DNA of 64,000 nucleotides from Octopus vulgaris. Taxonomy: Eukaryota. Under the pieces are notes generated by a model, which saw nothing but the letters and a program-made list of their open reading frames with translations, did no database searches and was not told the DNA's origin. Shown here piece after piece: positions 43,589-55,590 of this stretch; positions within the stretch are counted from its first letter, which is position 1; the number at the start of each line of letters is the position of its first letter. A program made the translations under genes and the position numbers. The stretch lies in the NCBI GenBank assembly GCA_951406725.2, contig OX597817.1:4836001-4900000 (forward strand), written 5' to 3'.

Positions 43589-44759
43589 TAAATATATATA
43601 TATATATAAATGCCAACACAATGCGAGTAACAAGATACCAAAACAATGTGAGCAATAAAAAAAAATAAGGATATTGACCGACAGTTCTTACATGTTATCT
43701 GGTATTTTCACATTCCGCGAAAATAGATGTTGATATCTGATTTCACAAACAAATATCTGTGAAATTTGCTATCAACATCTTTTCTCGGTAAATTTCATAA
43801 CGAAAAGGTTCTAAACCTGAACTCTTGAAATACCATGTAATAGTACCTACCAACAACCTGCAATCTAAATTATTTATATAACTTACATTGTTTTAGCATC
43901 AAAAATATATTTAAAGCATTTACATATTTGGAGAATGATTAATGAAAACAAAACACACACACACACACACACTCACACACGCGCGTGCACATAGATACGT
44001 ATATTCGTATACGCTACTGTCATCAGAATCTGCAGCAATGAAGCGCAAGTAATCAAAGCAGGATATACAGAATAAAAATATTTATTCATTAAGTTGATTT
44101 TAATTGATAGCTTGCAAGAGGAATTTTCAAAGAGACAACTGGACATTTGTCTTGAATGAAACAAATGTCATTATATTAGTCGACTATATTTTATGCAGAC
44201 ACACGTACACGCACGTATGCATCTGTTTATGTGTGTAAGCGTGCATGAGTAATGAATTTGGAAATTTCATGTGCGTAAATTTTTGCGAATTAAATATTAA
44301 ATAGTCGTCTGTTTAGTAAGATAAAGTTATATTTGATGGGGAAAATTTAATGAGTAGCCTTAATTGTTTAGCTCGTTATGCTAAAAGTATTGCAGATTGT
44401 TAAAAATGAATTTAAGCATCGCTAATGCTCTCCTCCACATTTATATTGCGGAAGTACAAATTCAGCTCCGTATTGATATTCTTCTATCAAATATTTTGAA
44501 CAACTCCATAGAGTGATTGTCAGAACCCGTTCGGCACCAAAATATATGTACGTTTGTATATATGTATTTATGTATGTGTGTAGATGTAAAACCGGCATGT
44601 ATGCATGCCTACATATACAGTTGTGCCTACATATACATACCTTAATCTCTCTCTCTCTCTCTCTCCATCACACACACACACACATACACAAGCACACACA
44701 TATACGCACACACGCAAACACACACACACACACACATGCATGCATTCTCTCTCGGGATG

Positions 44760-44900
44760 GGGTGGGGGCCTTGTCGTAAGAAACCTATTTCACAACCACA
44801 TGCTTGGCACCATGTGCAAATGTCTTCTACTATAGTCTCGGGCTGACCAAGCCTTGACAGTGGATTTGGTAGGCGGAAACTAAAAGAAGCCCACTAGTAT
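44760..44900 (+). mobile_element. SINE family B 5' fragment
   Basis: GGCACCATGTGCAAATGTCTTCTACTATAG...GTGGATTTGGTAGGCGGAAACT. 3' fragments also at ~47160-47362, 57870-57995, 61995-62085 (-) and 54060-54100 (-). Confidence 0.75.
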
Positions 44901-44929
44901 ATATATATGTATATATATATATATATAAA

Positions 44930-45572
44930 TTCTACTCCTCCCTTTTGTATATATGTATATATGTATGTATCTCTCCCCCTCTTCTCCTCCCCCTCCACTT
45001 CCCCTCTTCCCCCCTCTCCTCCCCTTCCCCTCTTCTCCTCTCTCTCATACACACACACATACACACTTATACATACTAATACGTACTAATACATACTAAT
45101 ACATACTAATACATACACCAACCCTATACATACGCACGTTCAGACCTCTCATACGCACTAATACTCTCTCATACACACACACACACATACACACACCCTT
45201 ATACATACTAATACATACACCAACCCTATACATACACACGTCCAGACCTCTCATACGCACTAATAGCTGGTCATTCAACCCTATTATCAACCCTATTATC
45301 TCCCCTTATTTCGCTCTCGCGTCTCATGTTTGATCTTTGACCTCTGGCCGAAATCAGATCGCCATGTTGATTCGTTAGTTACTGCACGCATTTTTTTTTC
45401 TCTCCTTCTTTCTGTGTTTTTTTTCTCTCTGTGTATCTTTCTGTTGAAAAGCGTAGGCTCGAAACGTTAAAGACTTGTTTTATTTATATTTCCTGAGCGC
45501 CATATTAATACAATTGTTTGTTTGTTTCCCACCTGCCTTCGTCTTTTGTCGATTTTCATAAAGCTTCCCGTT
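44930..45572 (+). mobile_element. PLE 3' region: C-rich tract and terminal repeat with HHR-like motif (45436-45473)
   Basis: Same organisation as 62870-63577; TCTTT-CTGTTGAA-AAGC GTAG GCTC-GAAACGTT-AAAGA; internal ~110-bp tandem duplication at ~45040-45262. Confidence 0.7.
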
Positions 45573-45599
45573 ATATATATACTTACATACATATATGGT

Positions 45600-46510
45600 A
45601 AGAAAAGGGAGGAGGTGAATTTCGATTATCCTCACGTGGTCAGTTGAGTTGTTAATGCAAAAAAAAAACGAAACATAAGTAAAATAAAAAAAAATTAAAA
45701 TGCAAGCAGTTTACAAAGTTTTGATATATTTCAAATGAAAGAATTTTGTGGTTGTCGACTGGTTTCTCTTTCGCTAATCATGACGTTGAAGTTATTGTAA
45801 TTTTGTATTTTGTTAAGAAGATTTTAGTCCATGATTTTGTATGAGAGTTTGTGAAAGAATCAACAAGTATGAATATCTAAGAGAAGGCAATTAGTGATAG
45901 TTCTTACTCGGAACAGGGGAGGTAACTGCTCATATTTGGGTTGGGATAAGTAAACATACAAAAACTCATAAGCTAAAGTAGTAAGATGAAATGTGTACAG
46001 TGATGGATATGGGATCAGGAATTAGAATATATACTCAGACCAAAGTCGGTTATGAATTCATATTTAGGCGTGTTTTATATTTTTTGATAAATATTTTTTC
46101 TATTTAACCGTTTTTATGCAGAAATTGTTTCTCTGCACTGGTAGATAGGGAAGACTGTGAAATTTTTAAAGAGATTCCCTGCATATCTTTCTATGTATTC
46201 ATTCAAAAGTATCTGTCTATAGTTTGGGAAATAGGAAATGGATCTGTTCCTTCTGTAGTGTGTTTTTATCCTATATAGTTATGCCTACCACCTGAACAAT
46301 TTATAACAATCAATTAAATTCTCGGATGCAGAAGTTAAATTGGCTTTAAGTGTGAACCTCTCTCCTTGATTGAACTGGAATTCCGAACCTTCCAATAGAT
46401 TGGGGTATGTGCACAGTTTGGACGTTCACATGTGTAAAGCTTCGCATTTGTCAGAAGTTTTTTCAGCGATTTGGGTTACTTTTTACATTTAATAAATTCA
46501 TGTGTTTTCA
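45600..46510 (-). mobile_element. Penelope-like element 3' part (degenerate GIY-YIG, 3' UTR, minimal HHR-like motif at 45754-45784)
   Basis: Minus strand: CERPNCAHTP-like Cys motif and VINCSGGRHNYIG*; downstream GTC-ATGATTA-GCGAAAGA-GAAACCAGTC-GAC. Confidence 0.65.
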
Positions 46511-46529
46511 GCTTAAGCATCTTCCAAAA

Positions 46530-47088
46530 ACAACCGATGAAGAGATCATTTGTTTCCTTCGATGCTATTAATCTTTATACTAATATCCCACATGACTACG
46601 GACTAGAAGCAATAAAAATCTGGCTAGAAAAGTACCCCGAAGAACTTTCGGGACGCATAAATGAAGTTTTTGTTATTGAAACTTTAAAATTTATACTTCA
46701 GAACAACTATTTCATATTTGATGACACTTATCAACGATTGTGAAATTACAATGGGAACGAAAGCAGCCCCTGTTCTTGCGAACTTAATAATCGGATATTT
46801 TGAATTAACCATATATGAAGCGTCACTGTAAAAATATGGATATCCATTTCATCATTATGTAAGAGAAAACTGGAATTGATATATGAATGACTGCTTTATC
46901 ATTTGCAATGAGACCATTGATACACTTTTTGAATTCAAATCAATACTAAATTGGATAAACCCTAACATTCAGTTTACATTGGACTATAGCAAAGAACAGC
47001 TCACTTTCTTAGATATTCTGATAAAAAATATCAGTAACCAAATTGTAACTGACACTTATCATAAACCAACGCACTCGAAGCAATATTT
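46530..47088 (+). mobile_element. Penelope-like reverse transcriptase fragment
   Basis: FVSFDAINLYTNIPH..GLEAI..., LKFILQNNYFIF, MGTKAAPVLANL, YMNDCF (YIDD-like), INPNIQFT...LTFLDI...TDTYHKPT.SKQYL. Confidence 0.9.
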
Positions 47089-47368
47089 GTGTATGTATGT
47101 ATGTATGTATGTATGTATGTATGTATATATGTATCTCTGCTTGTGTGTTTTTCTCTCTGTGTCTATCTTTTACTATTACTTGACAACCGGTATCTATGTG
47201 TTTACGTCATCGTAACTTAGCGGTTCGGCAAAAGTGAACGACAGCATAAGTTCCAGACTTTAAAAAATAGATATTATGATCGACTCACTTGACTAAAAAT
47301 TCCCCCAAGGCGATGCCCCTACATGGCTGCAGTGTAATGACTGAAACTAGTACAAGTAAAATGTATAT

Positions 47369-47753
47369 CTGGGGCTAAAGAAGGGAGGTAACATCGTCCT
47401 AATTAGGACCGCCACTTTACGTTAACAAATAGATTTTACTGTGTATTACCATTACTACTCACTTCTCGACCAGAGATTCAAAACTAATTGCCTTCCTCTC
47501 TATGAAATGGGGGACTGTGTGTCACTTGAAAAGTATACACCACGAACAAAACATAGCGCTGCCATCTCTAGCCAACGGTTATTCTGTGCGGAAACTATGT
47601 GCTGGTTTCGCTTTCGTTTAAGGTTGAGCGGGAACATTAGCTCCCTTGTTCGATGTAGAAGGACGCAGTTGTGCATCAGTAGCCAGCTCGAAAAGATGGT
47701 TTCCTGGGGCAAAAAAAAGTAGTTACATCGTCCTAATCAGGACTGCCACTTTA
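47369..47753. repeat. Element with ~50-bp terminal direct repeats
   Basis: CTGGGGC..AAA...TAACATCGTCCTAATTAGGACCGCCACTTTA (47369-47419) recurs at 47704-47753. Confidence 0.7.
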
Positions 47754-47869
47754 ACTCTGATATATAAATAAATAAATAAATAAATAAATATACATATATA
47801 TATATATAAAAATGCTGGCCACTTGATAATTTCGACACTTAAATATCGATATTATCCTCATATATAAAT

Positions 47870-47909
<40 letters not shown>

Positions 47910-48120
47910 GAGAAATCTTAACTGCTTAAAATGACTCCACTTATGTCTGAAGTTATCGTAATGGCCTCAAAGCAATATTTTATCTTCTCTGAAAATGCAG
48001 AAAATTTCAATACATCATGAAATTATACGGTATGTTATTTTCTACAATGCCCTTATTCTAATTTGTTTTCCAAATTTATGTCTCTGTTTACTCTGAGTTG
48101 TTTAAGAAAATGTATGGCTC

Positions 48121-48200
<80 letters not shown>

Positions 48201-48229
48201 CGGAATATATATATATATATAAAAACACA

Positions 48230-48332
<103 letters not shown>

Positions 48333-49201
48333 GTGTGTGATTGTGTGTATATGAAAGAGAAACTGTGAGGGAGAGGAAGAGTGACAGAGAGATCAACGCT
48401 GAATATTCTGTAAGGCGACTATAGAAGCAACGTTGCCAACTATCAGCAGACAAGTATCGTGTACTGCATATACGATATCAGTAAAAGCATTTCTGTTTTC
48501 ACATAACACATAACCAGAATAAGATGTCATGGATGCAGAAAAATCACATGGGTCAATCCCCTATTTCGTAAGAGTGCATTAACAACATACATTTTTCTAA
48601 CACAAAAATTATACATTTTCCAGTTAGAGACATATAGAAAAATACTGAGAAGCAATTTTATCAAGGTGGTTATACAAGATTAGTCAATATTTGATTACAA
48701 ATACACAAACACTATAATGAAATACCTTGTGCAATCACCACAACGTGGCAGTAACTGCGAATGTACTGAAATACACCCTGAATAACGAATGACTTAAATG
48801 TAGGTGGTATATAAAGCATGTTATAGATATCACAACACAATGGAAATAATGCAAAACTTCCTTCCAGTAATGGCATTCAAGGTCCGATACGCAAAGCATA
48901 TTTTCACCTTTAGCAGTATCAAGAAGCGCAAATTGACCCTGCTATTAAAATTTATCTGGAACCGCACGGCATTGCTGAAAAAGGAAAGATAAACAACAGA
49001 TGAAACAGCTAGGGCAACTTATACGCAAATGTAAAATCAAAGAAGCTAATTTTCCCCGTAAAATGAATGGGAAAAATATTTTCGTTTATTTCATACTCAT
49101 AAAAACATATAAACATCTTAACCGACCTTACGAGATGTGGGTTTCGTAAAAACCTCGGGAAAAAAAGTGTATATGTATATCATGTGTATGTGTGTGTGTG
49201 C

Positions 49202-49237
<36 letters not shown>

Positions 49238-49493
49238 AAGAGAGATAAATATTGCTTGAATCTACTTGAGTAGTTGTACTGAAAATAGCTACATCAGCAC
49301 GGATAAATTGATGTGTGCATCGGATAAACGTTATGGTTGATGAAAATATCTCAGTGCAAATCTCTTTCATAATATAAACACCAATGTTTCTACAGTTGTC
49401 ATCGTATGTCATCTATAGGTACACTCAGACGTTCCCTCGTATATTGTATATATACGCACACACACGGATACACACACATGTATACATACGCAC

Positions 49494-49550
<57 letters not shown>

Positions 49551-49862
49551 TATACATATATATATATGTATATATGTATGCATATAAGTATGTGTATACA
49601 TATACGTATAGGTGTAAACATACATATGCATATACATATAAATTCGTGAGTGTATGTTGTGTTTGTGTATGCGTGTATGTCTGTGTGCATTTATATGCAC
49701 TTATGGGTGTTTTCATGTCCGGTTAAAACATATAAAACATGTATATATATACATCAATTTATGCTTCTCCTGCTTGTTGCAATAGTCCTATAAGCATATA
49801 CATATATACATCATATGTACACCTTCTTATCTATCCATCAATCTATCTATCTATAAGTATGT

Positions 49863-49934
<72 letters not shown>

Positions 49935-50159
49935 AAGAGGTTCTCAGTAATAACAGTGTAGCAAAATGGCGGTGCATCAGCATGGCCGCAGCTCTGAGCT
50001 GAAACTACAGACAAGAAAAAAGAATGTACATATACACACACAGATATGTATAATATTCATATATATCAATAAAAATGTGTGTGAATAAGAATTTAAGTAG
50101 GTTCTTGAGAATGTATGTATAAATGTGTATATGTGTGTGAGTTTATGCATGTATCTATA

Positions 50160-50312
50160 TCACCGTGATCACCGTGACCAAACAGGCTATCAGATGTTGC
50201 TACACATCGCTGGTCACCACCACCCTGCCCGAGAACGCCTGGTCTGGGAATCGAAACCGCGATCCTACGACCGCGAGTTCGCTGCCCTAACCACTGGGCC
50301 ATTGCGCCTACA
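50160..50312 (-). mobile_element. Short or deleted tRNA-derived SINE (family C head)
   Basis: Reverse complement GGCGCAATGGCCCAGTGGTTAGGGCAGCGAACTCGCGGTCGTAGGATCGCGGTTTCGATTCCC matches the head at 60320. Confidence 0.8.
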
Positions 50313-50777
50313 CATGTATCTATATACAAAACACATTCAAAAAGACTGTCGGTGAGAGAGAAATAGACAGAATGAGTGAGTAAGTGAGAGTGAGAGAGAC
50401 AGAGAGAGAGAGAGAGAGAGTGGGGGAGGAGGGGAATAAAAGAACAAAATAATATTAAAGGAAATTTTTTTTTTTTATTCCTCACTGAAACTTAGTAAAG
50501 GAGAAAAAAAAAGCGAATAAAAGAGGAAATGTGAAAGAAAGAAATAGTGTCAAGAAGGAAGAAAGTGGAGAAAAGTGCAAAAGGAAAACGGGGAACGGTA
50601 TGAAGAAAAACAAGTCGCGTCAATGACGGTCATTTGACACGCTTCATCTGAACCCAACAGAAATTCTATCCCCTTCTTGCATCGATATTAGGGAGCACTA
50701 AGTGACATAGCCCTTGTAATAATACATGAAAAGTGAAGTGTTGTGGGTGGTCCCCATATAGAGGAAACTGTGTAACC

Positions 50778-50832
<55 letters not shown>

Positions 50833-50833
50833 T

Positions 50834-50871
<38 letters not shown>

Positions 50872-51522
50872 TGTGGTGGTGGTGGTAATAGTAGTAGTAG
50901 ATTTTTTTCTTTTAGCTTAAGGTCAAATGCTAATTAAACAGCAGTATTATCAAATGTGTTCCATCCGTGACCAAACCATCTCTTTGATTATAATTTTTTC
51001 TTGGCATAATGTACTTGGACGGCATGACACAAAACATTCAACGTTTTGTTAAAACATTTGATATCAATTCAAAAAAAAAAAAAATACTTAGTTGCTATTT
51101 CTAGCAGGTGAAGTGACATCTAGAGGCTTATCAGTACTTGTTGTCTAATTGATGCCGTTAGTGTTGTGCCGTCGTAACTTTTGTTGCTCTAGTAGTCGTA
51201 GTAGTGGTGGTAGTGGTGGTGGTGGTGGTGGTGGTGGTGGTGGTTGTAGGTGGAGGTGGTGCTTGATGGTGGCGGAATTTCATGTCGTTGGTGGAGGTGT
51301 GATGTTTGTTCCCCACGCAATCCCAGCACTAAGTAACACCGAATGGAATAGACTTTGTTGCTTGATTTCCCTAATATCACGTTGATGGTGTTGTTAAGGG
51401 CAAAGCATGTACTCTTGTTGACGTATGAAACTGTCCCAATTAGGAGTAGTCTACAGATGAGGTGAAAATGTCGAAGGATCTTAGGAAAACGATACTTGTA
51501 TTAATCAAAGTAGATAAAAACT

Positions 51523-51557
<35 letters not shown>

Positions 51558-51930
51558 GGAGCAGGTTACTAAGGATGATATTTTCAGAATTACGATGGCA
51601 ATAGTGGCAATTATAATTACGATAAAGTTGATAGCAACGGTGATGACGATAATTAGAGATAGGAAATTTTTATGTAAATGGCGGTAGTGGTGGCGGTGGC
51701 GGCGGCAGTGGTGGTGGTGGTGGTGGTGGTGGTGGTGGTGGTGGTGGTGGTGGTGGTGGTGGTGGTGGTGGTGGTGGTGGTGGTGGTGGTGGTGGTGGTG
51801 GCGGCGGCGGCGGTGGTGGTGGTGGAACGGTGGTGGTGGTGGTGGTGGAACGGTGGCGGCGGTGGTGGTGGTGGTGGTGGTAATGGTGGTGGTGGTGTTG
51901 CTGGTGGTGATGATGATGATGATGATGATG
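50778..51930. repeat. (TAG)n, (GGT)n and (GAT)n trinucleotide arrays
   Basis: Runs at 50778-50900, 51190-51250 and 51520-51930. Confidence 0.95.
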
Positions 51931-52446
51931 TTATCCATGACAGAAACAAGGTATACATTTCGAAAGATTCCTCAGATCACACTACAATTCTTTTAAGTGT
52001 ACTGTTAACGTCAAAGGTTAATTGATACTCATCAACAACCCTTTTTTACTTCAGTGCCTTCATTAATGCCCTTAGGATTGCCATTAACTCAAAATTATCT
52101 TCTCTCCTGTCTGCAAATGGGATAGAGTTGTAAAACATAATATATTTCATTTGCGTAAGTGGACAGACAACGGAGTTATGAAGCAATCTTTTTGACCAGT
52201 TTCTTCAAACATTGTCCGTCCTTACTTGTGATCAATTAAATTATTTTCCTTTTTTGTTTGAAAATAAACAGTCATCGAAGTAGCAAGATTTTAGTCTTCA
52301 GAATATATTTTGCATACTGTCAAGCAAAACAACTTCTGTTCTAACTGTATGAAAAGTCAGGTACTTTTGAAATCGGCCTCTTTTACCAAAACGTCTAACT
52401 TACGGGACAGTAAAATCAGCAACAGTTATCAAGCAATTGACACACA

Positions 52447-52496
<50 letters not shown>

Positions 52497-52581
52497 AACA
52501 AGCACACATATATTATACACATAGGTATGTATTTGTTTACATACAGAACATCACATGTGCATATATATAGGTAAACAAATA

Positions 52582-53085
52582 TCGTAAATCCTCGAGTATA
52601 ATCCACATTTTCCCCCAAAAATTTAAAGGTCAAAATCCCTAATGCGTACTATATACGAGGTTAAAAATGAAAAATATTCTCTAAGTAATGTCCGTGTCTC
52701 TATTTGCTGTCCAGCAATATTTATTCAGACGCATTTCGTGATGTCGGGCGCGAAAATACCTGAAGCTAAGCCTGAAAGCAACGAAGTCATAAAAGAATCG
52801 TCCATAACTTGCAACATTTATTAAATGTTATTACTGTTATTTCTTTATTTTCTGTAAACATAATGCACAAAAACGCTACACGTTTGCATCATGTTATATA
52901 TACAATAATAATAAAGGACGTTACCGTATACATTTTTACAAACCAAGGACGTTATAATAACCTCCTTGACTCAAGTTAGGGAAGGGGTGCGTATTATACA
53001 CAAGGTTTAGGTTTTCAGAGGTACAGCCCCCTAAAAATCCCCTGCTTATTCTACTGAAGGGGGGACTTTACTCGAGGATTTACGG
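52582..53085. mobile_element. Tc2/pogo-like MITE
   Basis: TIRs (T/C)CGTAAATCCTCGAGTA / TACTCGAGGATTTACGG with TA on both sides. Confidence 0.8.
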
Positions 53086-53327
53086 TACATATTTACGTAT
53101 GTACAAATGTGTGTTTGTGTGTATATAGGTATATACATACATGCATACATATAAAGTAACATACAAAGGAAAAAATTCTTTCAGCGGGGTGTGTAAACCA
53201 CCCAATTCACTGGTACGTCGATTGAATACAACATGAATATGGGTATAATGCAAACTACAAACAATAAATTAAATATAGAGATAGAAATGACGATCCAATA
53301 ATTTATTTATATTATGATATAACATAA

Positions 53328-53696
53328 TATACTACGAATATAAGATAATATAGGAGGTGACCCTCTTCGGTTATGAATGACCATGGGATTGCACCTAGAA
53401 AGTTACTCTCCGAGGCACAAGTTCGGGCAAGGTTGGTTTGTGGAAGGCCAGCAGTCGTCCATCGATATCAGCCTTCACTCACCACAACACTGATGTTATC
53501 CAAGGGAAAGGTAAAGGCCGATACAGCTTGGCACACTGACATCACAAGTCATTTCTACAGCTGAGTGAACTGGAGCAACGTGAAATAAAGTGTCTTACTC
53601 AAGAACACAACACGCAGCCCGGTCCAGGAATCGAACGTACAACCTCACGATCGTAAGCTCGACTCTCTAACCACTGAACCATGCGCCTTCACGATG
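53328..53696 (-). mobile_element. Full-length tRNA-derived SINE with 13-bp TSD
   Basis: Head GTGAAGGCGCATGGTTCAGTGGTTAGAG...GTTCGATTCC; TGATATAACATAA at 53315-53327 and 53697-53709. Confidence 0.8.
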
Positions 53697-54128
53697 TGAT
53701 ATAACATAAGCAATTATTTAAAAAAATCCAAAAGCCAAGAATTTGATTCGGGTTATATACATTTTTGCTATATAAACAATTCAATTCTCTTATATGTATG
53801 TATATATATAAGCTTCAGCAGGGCCAATGTTGTGTAGATAGACGGAATTACTTAATCTAGAAACTGTTATAAAATGTGTTAAAAGATATAAAGTATAATT
53901 ACATATTTAATATATATTAACACTTCTATTTATTTAAAGTTATTGATTAAAAAAAAAACTTATAAAAACACCTTATAAAAAGTTTTCTATTTTTATTGTT
54001 TATCGGAGAGAGATTTCCGTAATAAATATGATTTTGATTTTGATTTTGATTTTTCCAGTTTCAGCTAATGAGCTGTGGCCATGCTGGGGCACCGCCATTT
54101 AAATGAATATATATATATATATATATAT

Positions 54129-54302
54129 ACAAAAACCTTTAGATTCACTTTAATATTTAAAATTAATTTGTCAAAATATTTCCGTAGCTTTGAAACCGCA
54201 ACCTGTTCACCGAGAAAATTCTGCGAACAGGTCGCGGTTTCAAAGCGACGAAAATATTTCACAAATTAAGTTTAAATGTTGAAGTGAATCTAACGGTTTT
54301 GT
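54129..54302. repeat. ~170-bp imperfect palindrome (hairpin)
   Basis: AAAACCTTTAGATTCACTT...GCTTTGAAACCGCAACCTGTTC / GAACAGGTCGCGGTTTCAAAGC...AAGTGAATCTAACGGTTTT. Confidence 0.9.
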
Positions 54303-54473
54303 GTCATTTCAAATGACTTATAAATACCTTCCACGTTATAATTGTTTTTTTTTTGTTTCAGCACACTATTTCAGATACAGTCTCTTGCTATGCAAGTACA
54401 TCGCCGTAATATGTAACCAGATGCGAATCGTTGGCGATTTTTTCCCGTCTTCTTTTCTATTGGACTTTCCTCT

Positions 54474-54508
54474 GTTTCTGAAGAAGAGCTTTGTTCGAAA
54501 CGTAAGAC
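54474..54508 (+). ncRNA. Minimal type I hammerhead motif (in repeat ~54400-54612)
   Basis: GUUU-CUGAAGA-A-GAGC UUU GUUC-GAA-ACGU-A-AGAC: full core, extra A before stem II, palindromic ACGU stem III, GUA triplet. Confidence 0.7.
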
Positions 54509-55378
54509 CATGTTTCTTTCCTTCCCTGAGTGTCTGCTATTACTTTACATGTACCACGTCCTTGCGTTGTATTTTTTTGTTTGTTCTTCGTTTTATTTTT
54601 ATTTTATTTACTATATATATATATAACATTTTAGGTACAATGTTATACATATAAGATTCCAATACCGTATGAGTAAAATCCAATAGTATTTAAAATTGGT
54701 CATTCCAAGTATAGAGTTTATACACAGTGTTATTGAATCAAGGGTTTTATTAAAGTGACCTAAAAATAGGGAGTATATTAGTAAGGTCAAATTGAAAACA
54801 GGAAAAGAGGTACAAAGAAAGAGAAAAAGAAGAGAAAAAAGAGAAAAAAGAGAGAAGGAGAAGAAAGAAGAAAATAACAAAAGAAATAAAAATTAAAAAA
54901 CAAGAAGAGAGGAAAAAGGAAAGAAAGAAATAAAAAAAGAGATAAAAAGATAAGGATAAGGGAAAGTGTATCAGTTAGTGGTCAGTGGAGATAATTTGAA
55001 AGTACGAGTGGGGAGATAAATGGTGATAGAGAGAGAGAAAGGTATTAGAATGTAAAAAGATAGAAGGAATGAGGGTGATAAAAGGTAAAGGAGTGACAAA
55101 TGTGTTGTGATAGTGTCTAAGTGATGGGGCAGCGGGAAAGTTAGCAGTAAGGAATTAAGGATTTAGGAATTTAGATGGTTTGGCAGGTCAGTGCTTAGTA
55201 ATATATGAAAATATATGTGATGATGTAAACATATGTATATATTAGACATGTATATATGAATATATATTATAGTTAATCCAAACAAGAAAACACAAAAAAA
55301 AACAAAAAAAAACACAACTCGAGGACGTGGAACAAATACAGTATTATTGGACGCTCAGGAAAGAAGGGAAGAAGGAGG

Positions 55379-55413
55379 GTTTAACGTTTCGAGCGGAGCT
55401 CTTCGTCGGAAAC
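55379..55413 (-). ncRNA. Minimal type I hammerhead-like motif (in repeat ~55270-55482)
   Basis: GUUU-CCGACGA-A-GAGC UCC GCUC-GAA-ACGU-U-AAAC: perfect stems I and II, U4->C. Confidence 0.65.
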
Positions 55414-55590
55414 ATAGGAGAAGGAAAGATCCCGAGAAGAGGAGACAGAGGAAAAACATCGCCAACGGTACTCACGAGGTCACATATATATATATATATT
55501 AATATATATAAGGGTAGCAAAAATATTCTAGAAAAAATTCTCCGCTACTAGCGGTCTAGTGAGAAAGGAAAGATAGTCAAAGACTATATA

